Assembly: GCA_964016885.1 (NCBI GenBank) | Contig: OZ024741.1 | Location: 286,192,001-286,256,000 of the forward strand | Length of the DNA stretch: 64,000 bases | Source of the DNA: Eledone cirrhosa | Lineage: Eukaryota | Reading direction: 5' to 3' | In this document: piece by piece, positions 42,858-55,489 of the stretch | Position numbering within the stretch: the stretch's first letter is position 1 | Layout: each line of letters starts with the position of its first letter | Translations under genes and position numbers: made by a program | The notes under the pieces: generated by a model | The model's input: the letters and a program-made list of their open reading frames with translations, nothing else | Told to the model about the DNA's origin: nothing | The model's database searches: none

Positions 42858-45800
42858 CTATAGTCTGATGTAGAGTGAAGGCCCATTCACACGGGCCATT
42901 CTCGCCACTTTCACCCATCTTTCATAGAAACGGCTGGGGTGCAGCACCTCTCTCTCCATCCTGATCCTTCTTCCGAAATGATATCGGAAGAAACGGACCA
43001 GTTGTTGGCCAGAGAGAAAGGTGTCTGACCTCAGTCCTTTCAGACGCGTCCACCATACAACCTCTTTCGCCATGGCTATTACGCACAGAAACACCGCCTC
43101 TCCTTCGTTTTTGAAGAGGGGAGGCGGCTTGATCGTTACAATAGACTCGGTGGTCAACCGGATCGGTCCCACCCTTGACAGCAGTTGTTCGACATAGCCC
43201 CACAGATCGGCAATGCCCGAGCAGTGTACCAATGCGTGTGCAACGGTTTCCTCGTCGCACACGCATCTGGGACAGACCTTTTTCGATGGGTCCCTACCCG
43301 GGCGCCCGTGTCTGTAGAGCCTTTCTCGAACGGGCAGAGCCCTTCTGTAGCATTGCCAGGACAGGGACCTCTGGAAGTTATCCATGGGTCCCGGGCTGAA
43401 TGTCCTACCGAACAGGTTGGCCAGTTCGTCTTCCTCCATGCCTAGGGCTTCTCCGAGGGCGTCGTCGCACCTGCTAACCACCAGCCCTCTATAGAATGAC
43501 GAGGTGGATTCTCCACTGACAGCCGGGTCCGCCTGCCAGCGAGCCGTGAGCGCCTGGGCACACTCGGTGTGCCAGGCGCCCAGTTTTCTCGGTCTTTGCT
43601 TGACCCAGGATTGCAGCTCGGTGTGTGAGACGAGTCTGGGAAAGGCTCGCCTCACAAACGGGGCCCACACCGGTTGACCGGAGAGGAATACCTGAAGGTG
43701 CCGTAGCCTTAATGCGTGTTTACGTATCATCAGCCACGGCATCCCCAGCCCTCCTTTCGAAGGGTGTTGACAGCAGATGGATCTCCTCACCATAGGAGCC
43801 CGCTTCTTCCAAAGGAATTGGAAGAGTGCGCGCTCCATTTTGGCGAGCGTTTCCCTTGGGCAAGGCACCACGGTCAGGCGGTAGTAGATGACGGACGCTA
43901 TATAAGTGTTCGCCACCTCCGCCCGACCTTTCAGGGACAGTTTGCACTCGGCCCACTTCTGGGTCAGTGCAAACACCCTGCTCGTCACCTCACCCCAGTT
44001 CTTCTCCACCTGGAGGTCTGGTCCGAACCAGACCCCGAGCAATTTCACCGGGCCCTCCGTCCAGCGCCCGACGACGCCATCGGAGGGCATCGATCTGCCC
44101 CTCCACGTGCCGAGTTGTAGACCGATCGACTTGTCTCGGTTCAGCTTAGCCCCTGTAAACCTTTCGTACTCCTCCAGTAAGGTGCCGATCGCCCCGATTT
44201 CCGAGGCCGTCGACACCATTACTGTTACGTCATCGGCGTAGGCTGACACCGCTTTCCGCAATCCCGGTTCCAACGGGATGCCCTGCAACAACTCCAACTT
44301 CCGCAGCAGTGGCTCTAGAGTCACTACATACAGAAGGGAGGAGAGAGGGCACCCCTGTCGGATGGACTGCGCGATTTCGAACGGCTCCGAAAGGTAGCCA
44401 TTCACCTTGATCCTAGAGCAGATGCGGCTGCTGTGCATGGCATTGATCCAGCCCCTGAAAACGGGTCCGAAGCCTGCCGCCGCTAGCACCGCATCCAGGT
44501 AACCATGGTCGACCCTATCGAATGCCTTAGATTGATCCAAGTTGATCAGGGCCCCACCAAAGCCGGGTTCGTTCCCAACCCTCTCTATGATGTATCGCAT
44601 GAGGTGGAGGTTATCGTGGATGGACCTGGACGGGATAGCACATGTCTGCGCATCTCCCACCAGGTTGCTCACGACAAGCGCCAACCTCTTTGCTAGCACC
44701 TTGGCCAAAATCTGTAACTCTGTATTTAGCAGAGTTATGGGCCTGAAATTATTTATATCGTCCCCCTTGTTCTCGTCCTTCCTCACTAGCGTGACTACGC
44801 CCTTGGTCACAGCACAGGGAATTCTCCCGTTCTGTCGCCAGTTGCAGTAGACCGCCTCGAGGAATTCGGGGAACAAGTCCGGCATAGCTAGATATAGTTC
44901 GTATGGAAGACCATCGAGACCCGGGGATTTGCGTTTGCCGCATTGGCTCAGCACGTCCTCTATCTCAGCGGCTGAAATCGGCTCCTCGCAGGACTTCGCC
45001 TCGCTGTCCGAGAGACGCGGCAGGCCGTCGAGGTATGGACCGAAGTCCACGTCCCCAACCGGCCCCCCGCCTCTTCCGAACAATTCGGCAAAGTGCTTTT
45101 GAAAAGCCTCGCACATCTGCTTAGGTTCAAGGATCACCCGTCCATCCTGTCTCGCAAAGACCGGATAGTGGATCTGCTCCCTCTTTTGGCTTCTGTCACG
45201 CGGGCCCAGCTAACAGCTTTGGTCCCCTCGTTTCCCAGAGCACGTATTTTGCTTCGGACGATGCAGCCTTCGTGTTTCGCGTCGAAGAACTGGCCCAGGG
45301 CCGTTCTCGACGCTAGCACTCTGGCCACGTCGCCGCTTCTAAGTGCCTCTTCTACACTATCTACCAACTCCCTTTCCTTCCTATTTCTATTGGAGGCTAA
45401 CTCCTTACTAAATTCTATAGAGACTACTCTAATCTCTCTTTTGAGAGATCCCCACCACCTGCTGTTGACGATGGCGCCCGTCAACCGCTCCTTAACTAAA
45501 GTGCTAATCCGGTTCCTGTAAGCCTTACTTGCCGGTAAGGACAAGTTGAGCTTCCAGTAACCGGGTCCCTGTCTGTGAGTTCTGTCAAGGTTGACCATGC
45601 AGGTCACTAATTTGTGGTCTGAATAGCCAACCATGCGCATTTTTGGACAACTTAAAAAGTCCTTATCCTTAATTCTAACTAAGAACCTATCTAGGTACGA
45701 CCTAGATGTTCCGCTACGATTTGCCCAAGTCCAGGTTGGCGCAGTCGGAAAATCTAGTCGATATCTATCGGCCAGGTCAAATCGACCGATTAACCTTTTG

Positions 45801-46294
45801 AGGCTATTACACCCCTCTCTATCGGGACAGGCCCCTACGTAGTCCCAGCGTGCATCTAGGATACCATTCCAGTCCCCCACTAATAGCAAGGAGCGGGACG
45901 TTCCTAGAAAAGTGTCCAGACGATGGAAGAAGTCCGGCCGCATTGACCCGAAAGGGCCGTAGGCGGCTACCAACCTAAACGCTCCGCCTTTACCACTGCC
46001 AAGGTCCAGAATCACTAGTCGACCCTTCGGGTTCAAATGTACCATCTGTGTTGCGAGACCCAGATGTTTTTGCAGCAGAACGACAACTCCACCCCCACCT
46101 CCGGGCTGACAGAGAGATGCGTGCATCTCAAAGTCATCAAAGGTGGGGGCCAGCTGTCGCACGTTGCTGATCCGGGCCTCGCAAATAACCATCACATCTA
46201 TACGTTGTGACCTGAGGTCATTTAGAAGCATTGCTTGCTTCCAAGTTGAGCCCAGGCCACGCGCATTTAAACAGCCTACTCTTAGCATAGCCAT
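42858..46294 (-). CDS. LINE ORF2 (APE endonuclease-RT-Zn knuckle) with one 1-nt frameshift at ~45148
   Basis: ATG at 46294; GDWN, SDH, SPGLDG, QGCPLS, YADD, CPRC..H...C; copy A has TCCATCCAGGTCTCG where this copy has TCCATCCTGTCTCG. Confidence 0.9.
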
Positions 46295-46318
46295 GTTGGT
46301 GGTGAAGAGAAAAGGCAC

Positions 46319-48112
46319 TTACCTCTCTGCGTCCCGGGTATCGGGCTGCACAATTTCCATTAGGGTGGGGGATGGGTTGTTGGGTGGGGTGGTGGTTTGT
46401 GGAAGTGTAGGGGCATCAGTGGGTTGTGTGGTTGGGGAGCTTGGAGTTGTGTGGGTGTTTGGGGAGGGGGTGGGATAGTTTTTTAGGAGGACGCGGTTAA
46501 TGGGCCCGACGCAGGGGGGACCCACGTCCTCTTTAAAATTGTTTTTTAAAGTTTTATAGGTGTCCTGTGGGGCCTTAATCATTTTGAGGTGGGGGAAATC
46601 CCCTGCCTGGGTGAAGTTAGGCCCTTGTGTTTTTATTAGATTGTTGTTGTACACAATGTTTAACAGTTTTTTGTTTCTTGTGTTTATGTATGTGTATGCA
46701 TGTTTTTGTTTTTGTGTGGTGTTCTTTGTTTGCTGTTGTTGTGAGCTCTTTTGTGTTGGTGTCAGTGTTATGTTTTGGGGAGGGGTTGTTTTCATTTGTG
46801 TGTCTGAGGTGTGTTTTCTTTTTTTTCTTTTGATTGTGTGGAAGTGCTCCTCCTCGTCTGACGACGAACTAGGGTCATCTTCCGCGTTGGAGGGGAGGGG
46901 TATATTTTCGGGTTGTGTTTGCGGTACGGGTGTTTTGGAAATTGCTTTTGTTTTTTGAGTGGAGGGGATGGGTTGGACATTGTTTTGTTTTGGTTTGAGC
47001 TGTGGTGGTTGTTTTTGTAGTGGTAGTTGTGGTGATTGTGTTGGTTGTGCAGTTGTTGCTGGTGTAGGCAGGATTGGGGTTTTCTTATTAAGTTGGTGAC
47101 AGACAGCCCTCAGGTGACCTCTGGTTCCGCAGAGGTAACACGAGGGCCGTCTACCCTCAACGGTAATGTTGATGAAGGTTAGATCATCCAGTATGACGCG
47201 TTCAGGGATCTGGGCGATCCTTTCGGGCCTCATTTGAACTACAAGTTCGAGGCTCGTTCCACTGAACGCGTCACCCGATGCCTTTCCCATGGACACCAGC
47301 ATGTCATCCTCCAGGTCCAGAAAACCTGTCAAAACCCACCATATGTCCATAATCGGCAGGATGGTGTGGATTTTTATTTTTTGTGTTCTTCTACCCATGT
47401 ACGTAGGGTAGAAGGTGTATGCGGTGGATGTGATTGGTTTGATGGACAGTTTCACTGCTGTGTCCCTGTCCTTCATAAGAATGGATAGACTCCCGTAGAG
47501 TCTATCCTTCTGAATGAAGGTGATGTCCTTCATGACGTCTTTTAAAATCATCTCTATCTCACTCTGTGATGGTTGAGCTGGTTTTTTACTTTTGTTCGAG
47601 ATTGTTCTAAACATGACCGTGTTTAGGAGTCTCTGGCTTTTTAGTTCCGGGGGGGGGGGGGGGTGGATTGTGAATGAACCATTTTCTCCGTACACTATAT
47701 ATTTTTTCGCATCTGCCAGTAGCTCCTTCGTTTTGGTTATATCTACTGGCAGATAGTCGAGGGTTTTCCTTGTCGTCTCGGCGAAGGAGAAATTTTGTTT
47801 GTTTGTGTTGTTGTTGTCGTTGGTGGTGTTGTTGTTATCATTGTTGGTGTTGTCACCGTTATTGGTCTTGTTGTTGTTGTTATTGTTATTGGTGTTGTTT
47901 TCGTCCGTTGCATTGTTGTTGTTGTTGCTGTTGCTGCTGGTTCCTTGGGTTGTTGCCATGGCAACGTCAAGTTGTCGGTTAACAGGTGGAGAGAATTCTT
48001 CCTCTGGCTGACCTTTCTTCTTGACCTCTGCTACTGTGACAGTGGCAGGGGGAAGCTGTAAGTTTATCTTCCCCTTTCCTCCTTCGAATTTTGGTGAAGA
48101 AGCTTCGGCCAT
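46319..48112 (-). CDS. LINE ORF1 protein (597 aa) with CCHC zinc knuckle
   Basis: Uninterrupted ORF; CYLCGTRGHLRAVC; N/T- and P/Q/T-rich low-complexity regions. Confidence 0.9.
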   Translation of the reverse strand: MAEASSPKFEGGKGKINLQLPPATVTVAEVKKKGQPEEEFSPPVNRQLDVAMATTQGTSSNSNNNNNATDENNTNNNNNNNKTNNGDNTNNDNNNTTNDNNNTNKQNFSFAETTRKTLDYLPVDITKTKELLADAKKYIVYGENGSFTIHPPPPPELKSQRLLNTVMFRTISNKSKKPAQPSQSEIEMILKDVMKDITFIQKDRLYGSLSILMKDRDTAVKLSIKPITSTAYTFYPTYMGRRTQKIKIHTILPIMDIWWVLTGFLDLEDDMLVSMGKASGDAFSGTSLELVVQMRPERIAQIPERVILDDLTFINITVEGRRPSCYLCGTRGHLRAVCHQLNKKTPILPTPATTAQPTQSPQLPLQKQPPQLKPKQNNVQPIPSTQKTKAISKTPVPQTQPENIPLPSNAEDDPSSSSDEEEHFHTIKRKKRKHTSDTQMKTTPPQNITLTPTQKSSQQQQTKNTTQKQKHAYTYINTRNKKLLNIVYNNNLIKTQGPNFTQAGDFPHLKMIKAPQDTYKTLKNNFKEDVGPPCVGPINRVLLKNYPTPSPNTHTTPSSPTTQPTDAPTLPQTTTPPNNPSPTLMEIVQPDTRDAER

Positions 48113-48345
48113 TTAAAAAAAAATATTGACTTTTCAACAAGAAAAAACTTTTTTTTTTTGTTTAACTATTTCGCCTAAAGGCGTAGAATATTTTGAGAGA
48201 CTGACCAGATCAAAGTTTGACCTGGCAGTCCCTCTACAAAATGGTACAAAAATTAAAGTTATCAGACAAGAATTTCTATAGAAATTTAAACAGAACTTAC
48301 TCAGCAAGTTATACGCGTGTGTCCATCCCAGAGAGATAGATAGAC

Positions 48346-48421
<76 letters not shown>

Positions 48422-48495
48422 TGATTGATTAATTTCTTTATTTGCCACAAGGGCGTACACAAATAGGACATTACAAGACGTGACGTGAATTAATA

Positions 48496-48688
48496 ATAAT
48501 AATTGTTTCTACTTTTGGGACAAGGCCAGCAATTATCCCAGTACATTACTGGTACTTTATTTTATCGACCCCGTAAGGATGATAGGCAAAGTTAACCTCG
48601 GTGGGATTTGAACTCAGACCGCAAAGGACCGTAACTCTGTGCTGCAAAACATGGTGTCCGACCTTCTACCGATACTGCCAATCCACCG
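48496..48688 (-). mobile_element. Near-complete SINE
   Basis: Head, core and (TTA)n tail. Confidence 0.85.
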
Positions 48689-48700
48689 AATGATAGATAT

Positions 48701-49194
48701 ATTTCTTTATTAGCCACAAGGGCACAAAAGAAGGGGACCAGTACAATGGGGGAAGTTTACATTCAATAAAAACGTGTAAAACAATATCACAGATGAAAAT
48801 TAAAGAAAAACAATCGATTTTCCCCAATAGGGGGGGGGGGAGACATTAACTATGGGTGACACATACCCCTGAAAAAAAATGTGTAACCCTCATCTCCAGG
48901 AGTACGAAGAGTGGGCACTCCTTTCCCCTCTTCCTCCTCTTCCTCAACCTACAGGCTGATATAAAGAGAAGGCCCATTCACTCGGGCCATTCTCGCCACT
49001 TTCACCCACCTTTCATAAAACTTGCTGGGGTACAGCACCTCTCTCTCAATCCTGATTCTTCTTCCAAAGTGGTATTTGAAAAAAAGAATCAGTTGTTGGC
49101 CGGAGAGAAAGGTGTCTGACCTCAGCCCTTTCAACCTCGTCCACCATACAACCTCTTTCGCCATTGCCATCACACAAAGGAAAACCGCCTCTCC
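48701..49194 (-). mobile_element. 5'-truncated Tx1-like copy C (diverged subfamily)
   Basis: MAKEVVWWTRLKGL..NGPSLYISL; GATA flanks. Confidence 0.9.
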
Positions 49195-49197
49195 GAT

Positions 49198-49249
<52 letters not shown>

Positions 49250-49250
49250 T

Positions 49251-49960
49251 GTTTCTTTTATTTGTCACCAGGGCATCAAAAGTGGGACAAGTACAAGAAG
49301 AAGAAGAAGAAGAAGAAGAATTTAATATCACGTCAGAATAACAATCTAAGTTGGATTAAGGGAGACAAAAGTAGAAAGAAAGAAAGAAGAAAGAAAGAAA
49401 GAAAGAAAATAAAGAAAGAAAGAAAGTAGGAAAGTTTACAAAACAAGGCGTCCTCAATAGGGAGGAGGCAATAACAATATATAAAAATAAAATAAAATAT
49501 AACAAAAAATAAAATTATAACAAAATCCTCAATAGAGAGGAGGCGCCTTGGGGGGTCGCACACACCCCCGAAAAAAGTTTGCAACCCTTCTCCTCAGGAG
49601 CACAGAGAGGGGTGCTCCCTCGTTCCTTCCTCTTTTCCACCTACAGGCTTATGTAAAGAGAAGGCCCATTCACACGGGCCATTCTCGCCACTTTCACCCA
49701 CCTTTCATAAAAACGACTGGGGTGGAGCACCTCTCTCTCCATCCTGATGCTTCTTCCGAAATGATATCGGAAGAAACGGACCAGTTGTTGGCCAGAGAGA
49801 AAGGTGCCCGACCTCAGTCCTTTCAGACGCGTCCACCATACAACTTCTTTCACCATGGCTATTACACACAGAAACACCGCCTCTCCTTCGTTTTTGAAGG
49901 GAGGAGGCGGCTTGATCATTACAATAGACTCGGTGGTGAACCGGATCGGTCCCACCCTTG
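49251..49960 (-). mobile_element. 5'-truncated Tx1-like copy D
   Basis: ORF2 C-terminus plus 3'UTR; GATA flanks. Confidence 0.9.
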
Positions 49961-49980
49961 ATAGATAGATAGATAGATAT

Positions 49981-51895
49981 ATTTCTTTTATTTGCCACTA
50001 GGGCATCAAAAGTGGGACAAGTACAAAGGGGGGAGTTTATACAAAAAGGCGTCCTCAATAAGGAGGAGGCAATAACAAAATATAAAAATAAAATAAGATA
50101 TAACAAAAAATAAAATTTTTAACAAAATCCTCAATAGAGAGGAGGCGCCTTGGGGGGTCGCACACACCCCCGAAAAAAGTGTGCAACCCTTCTCCTCAGG
50201 AGCACAGAGAAGGGGTGCTCCCTTGGTCTTTCATCTTCCTCACCTATAGTCTGATGTAGAGTGAAGGCCCATTCACACGGGCCATTCTCGCCATTTTCAC
50301 CCATCTTTCATAGAAACGGCTGGGGTGCAGCACCTCTCTCTCCATCCTGATCCTTCTTCCGAAATGATATCGGAAGAAACGGACCAGTTGTTGGCCAGAG
50401 AGAAAGGTGCCCGACCTCAGTCCTTTCAGACGCGTCCACCATACAACCTCTTTCGCCATGGCTATTACGCACAGAAACACCGCCTCTGCTTCATCTTTGA
50501 AGGGGGGAGGCGGCTTGATCATTACAATAGACTCGGTGGTCAACCGGATCGGTCCCACCCTTGACAGCAGTTGTTCGACATAGCCCCACAGATCGGCTAC
50601 GCCCGAGCAGTGTACTAATGCGTGTGCAACGGTTTCCTCGTCGCACACGCATCTGGGACAGATCTTTTTGGCGGGGTCCCTACCCGGGCGCCCGTGTCTG
50701 TAGAGCCTTTCTCGAACGGGTAAAGCCCCTCGGTAGCACTGCCAGGCCAGGGACTTCTGGAAGTTGTCCATAGGTCCCGGGCTGAATGTCCTACCGAACA
50801 GGCTGGCCAGTTCGTCCTCCTCCATGTCTAGGGCTTCTCCGAGGGCGTCGTCGCACCTGCTGCGTACCAGCCCTCTATAGAATGTTGCGGTGGAGTCTCC
50901 ACTGATAACCGGATCCGCCTGCCAGAGGGCGGTAAGCTCCTGGGCACACTCAGTGTGCCAGGCGCCCAGTTTTCTCGGTCTTTGCTTGACCCAGGATTGC
51001 AGCTCGGTGAGTGAGACGAGTCTGGGAAAGGTTCGTCTCACAAACGAGGCCCACACCGGTTGTCCGGTGAGGAATACGTAGAGGTGCCGTAGCCTTAATG
51101 CGTGTTTACGCATCATTAGCCACGGCATCCCCAGCCCTCCTTTCGAAGGGTGTTGACAGCAGATGGATCTCCTCACCATAGGAGCCCGCCTCTTCCAAAG
51201 GAATTGGAAGAGCGCGCGCTCCATCTTGGTGAGGGTTTCCCTTGGGCAGGGCACTACGGTCAGGCGGTAGTAGATGACGGACGCTATGTAGGTGTTCGCC
51301 ACCTCCGCCCTACCTTTCAGGGATAGTTTGCAACTGGCCCACTTCTGGGTCAGTGCAAACACCCTGTTCGTAACCTCCGCCCAGTTTTTCTCCACCTGGA
51401 GGTCCGGTCCGAACCAGACCCCGAGCAACTTCACCGGGCCCTCCGTCCAGCGTCCGACGACGCTATCGGAGGGCATCGGTCTGCCCCTCCACGTGCCGAG
51501 TTGCAAACCGATCGACTTGTCCCGGTTCAGCTTAGCCCCTGTGAACTTTTCGTACTCCTCCAGTAAGGTGCCGACCGCCTCGATTTCGGAGGCCGTCGAC
51601 ACCATTACTGTCACGTCATCGGCGTAGGCCGACACCGCTTTCCGCAATCCCGGTTCCAAAGGGATGCCCTGCAACAACTCCAACTTCCGCAGTAGTGGCT
51701 CGAGAGTCAACACATACAGAAGGGAGGAGAGAGGGCACCCTTGTCGGATGGACCGCGCGATTTTGAACGGCTCCGAGAGGTAGCCGTTCACCTTGACCCT
51801 AGAGCAGATGCGGCTGCTGTGCATAGCAGTGATCCAGCCCCTGAAAACGGGTCCGAAGCCTGCCGCCGCTAGCACCGCATCCAGGTAACCATGGT
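49981..51895 (-). mobile_element. 5'-truncated Tx1-like copy E (same subfamily as copy A)
   Basis: Open RT C-terminal half with YADD; GATA flanks. Confidence 0.95.
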
Positions 51896-51965
<70 letters not shown>

Positions 51966-52099
51966 AAGGTAGGTAGAAAGGTAGGTAGGTAGATAGTTAT
52001 CGAATCCGTGACTTATATGAATTATATAAAATACTGTAATCTGAATACACACACACACATAGAGATACATATATATACATATAGACACACACATTATAA

Positions 52100-52244
<145 letters not shown>

Positions 52245-52530
52245 AGTGGGAGAGGGAAGATAGAGAGAGATAACGGTAGGAAAGTAAAGAGAGAAAATAC
52301 AAAAACTATGAAACAGCCAAAATAAGATTAGTAATATAGGAATAAAAGATTTTTTATTGTGAAGAAAAGTAAAAATATGACATCAAAAAAATATATGATT
52401 GGAAGGGAAAAATATTGAATACAAAAGATAACGAAAAGGATGACAACTCGGTAAGGTAGAGAAATATAAGGATATAGATACTGAAAAGACTAGGATAATC
52501 AACGAATAGGTTCAGGTGAAATAGTGTAAG

Positions 52531-52577
<47 letters not shown>

Positions 52578-52738
52578 GGTGGTGGTGGTGGTGGTGGTGG
52601 TGGTGGTGGTGGTGGTGGTGGCGGCAGAAGAAGAAGAAGAAGAAGAAGAAGAAGAAGAAGAAGAATTTAATATCACGTCAGAATAACAATCTAAGTTGGA
52701 TTAAGGGAGACAAAAGTAGAAAGAAAGAAAGAAAGAAA

Positions 52739-52774
<36 letters not shown>

Positions 52775-52826
52775 TAGGAAAGAAAGAAAGAAATGAAGAA
52801 AGAAAGAAATAAAAAGAAAGAAAGAA

Positions 52827-52867
<41 letters not shown>

Positions 52868-53342
52868 GGGAAACGAAGAAATGAAGAAAGAAACAAAGTA
52901 AGAAAGAAAAAAGTAAACGAACGCTATGGAAAAACTAAAAATGGACGATGTAATAATATGTTACTGTTTTTGTTTTTTTTTCAATAGAATGCCTTACCAA
53001 AAATTGTCATGCCAGCTCATAACAGGGCAATAGGATCTTTTTGATAAATTGTATTGAGTATTGTCAGAGAGAAGAGAAACGATCCAATAAAAGCGGTCAC
53101 TTAAGATAATACCATAATATCTTAAAAGGAAATCAACATATTAGATAATGTTGCCCAAGATATACTGTACGTATGTATGTACGTGAGAAAGAGATATAGA
53201 GGAAGAATCGACCTCAGTAGATGACTGGTACTTTTTAATCGATATGAAATGGATGAAAGGCGGTATTTGAACGAAAGCCGAAACGAATACTGCAAGGCAT
53301 TCTATCTGACTTTCCAACAACTCTGCCAATTCGATGCCACCA

Positions 53343-53527
53343 TTGGCAGTATCGGTAGAGGGTCTGACGCCATGCTTTGCAGCAAAGAGTAACGACCCTT
53401 TATGGTCTGAGTTCAAATCCCGCCGAGGTTAAATTTGCCTTTCATCCTTACGGGGGTCAATAAAATAAAGTACCAGTAATGCACTGAGATAATTGCTGGC
53501 CTTGTGACAAAAGTAGAAACAATTATT
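53343..53527 (+). mobile_element. SINE, head-to-head with an older SINE at ~53200-53340
   Basis: Match to the dominant family. Confidence 0.85.
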
Positions 53528-53906
53528 TGTAGTATGTATTATTTCTTTAGTTTTTAATACATGATTAATAAATAGAAATGTTTATTAATATTTGAAATAT
53601 ATGTAGGAAAGATTGAATATCTAATATTCGTTTGTCATCGTATACTATCTGGTAGTTCTTCTAATGCATTGTCATAGAGACCTATCCCTGCTGATTGTAT
53701 GACTGTTGCTTCTTGGGAAATTCTGAAACCTGGCAGGTGTGAATGTTCAATTTCTTTAAACTAAAACATATGAATTTATTTGGAAACCGTACTGTTCAAA
53801 AACGTCGATGATCTAATCAATACATAATCCTTAGTAAGGTAACTAATGTAACAATTGGTTGGACACCGTAAACTCTCACACCAAATATCGTTTGAAGACT
53901 ATACAC

Positions 53907-54285
53907 CATTCTTCAAGTGCAACATTAAGTTATAGAGATCCTCACAACCCTTATGTACCACCCAGGACCAATTGTACCCACTCTGTAATGAACAGGTTCA
54001 TGAAAAACTTCGATCAATTCTTTTCTACATCACACACACAAATGAAATTCAACTCACTTTTGCGTTGAATGTAAAACAAAAATAAATATGAAATACATAG
54101 CTTCCCATACCCTCAACGTAGAGTAAGGTAGAAGAACGCAATTCGATTACACTTCCGATGCTATGAACACCGCATAACTATCTGATATAGTTGTTATAAG
54201 TACACTAATATTTAAACGAATTTACTCACGTCAAATTGAAGTGCAATTATCCTTGACCTCATGTAATAGCAACGTTCATCAATTT
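53907..54285 (-). other. Candidate spliced coding fragment (3 phase-compatible exons, short introns)
   Basis: GTGAGT donors at 54332, 54229 and 54057; exons 54285-54230, 54177-54058 and 53982-~53907 join in frame. Confidence 0.25.
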
Positions 54286-55489
54286 CTAATGGAAACAAGT
54301 AAATTCTCCGCTAGTTTAAAATCATTACTCACCTCATTCTAATCACTTATTCAATGAATAAACGTACTGCAAATCAAAGCAATTAACTTGCACAAAATTT
54401 AACATGAGCTAATTGAATATTTTATTGTCTCGGCTAATGTAATTTATTTCTGGGAAGAATTTAACATCAATAACAACTAAATATTTTTCTTTCCCTTTCG
54501 GATGAGTTTGCTAATGTATTGTTCTTTATATCCTCGCTAAATACAGTGAAAGGTTTGCTTTTTTTAAAAGAACTGAGAATAAAAATTAATTTTAATGAGT
54601 TAAAGCTACCTTTATAATACAGGATGTTTTTTTATTCTTTGAGTTAAATTGACACATTGTTGTTGTCGTTGCGGTAGCACGCTGGTAAATGTTCTTAACG
54701 GTTGAGGTATTATTGCAAGTTGTAATAGAAATATAACGTTACTTTAATCTAGTACGTTCACTAAAAATGATTTTCCTGTGTACGTGTGATATGAAAGTAT
54801 GCTGAGGACACGGTTATCTCATGGATTCTTTTCATTACTGATATTTTATAGACCAATAATGTTATCATGAAAAATCCATGCGAAATAACAGGGAAATATT
54901 TTTTTGTATTACCCATAACGCTTCAAGGTGTCGTGGGGGCACAGTTGGGACATATGACGTATCTTTGGCTCTTTAAATCTAGCGGGGTCCATCCCTTCTC
55001 CAGGTCTGAACACAGCCGATTTCTTCAAGAGAAAGATTAAGAATGAGAGAGTGGAAATGAAAATAGAGTAGGAGTCGACTCCAGTACTAGACTGGTACTC
55101 ATCTAATCGTCTTGAAAGGATGAGAAGCAAAATTGATCTCTGCTAGTCATGAAATCAGATTCCAGAGAGCCAGGAAAAATAATCCAACGTTCTAACGATT
55201 CCGACAATTCAGAGACTCTGAGAAATATTTACTAGCACAAATTTATTTCTGTAAAAACGCTACTTTTATATAAATCAGAATGCATGGTCCCGTAACAACT
55301 GGGTGAGTCGTAGAGTCACTGTAATGGTATACGCCGTTTCTAGGACATTTTAAAATTAAACAAGCAGTTATTATTCTCCGATTTAATGCGAAAGAAGTAC
55401 GATTTGGTATTCCATATTTGATTCAGGACATTCTAGTATTCTGGTTTTGTTGATTATTTCCCTTCGTGTGGATTGGTATTTATTTCGAC

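Larger units (their letters stand above)
42595..48330 (-). mobile_element. Full-length Tx1/L1-clade LINE copy B in (GATA)n
   Basis: ~218-nt 5'UTR, ORF1, ORF2 and ~260-nt 3'UTR ending AATAAAAGAAAC; GATA repeats on both sides. Confidence 0.95.

Noticed and set aside
51896-52094. N-terminal extension of the 616-aa ORF
   Set aside because: Read-through of (TATC)n flank; LINE homology stops at 51895
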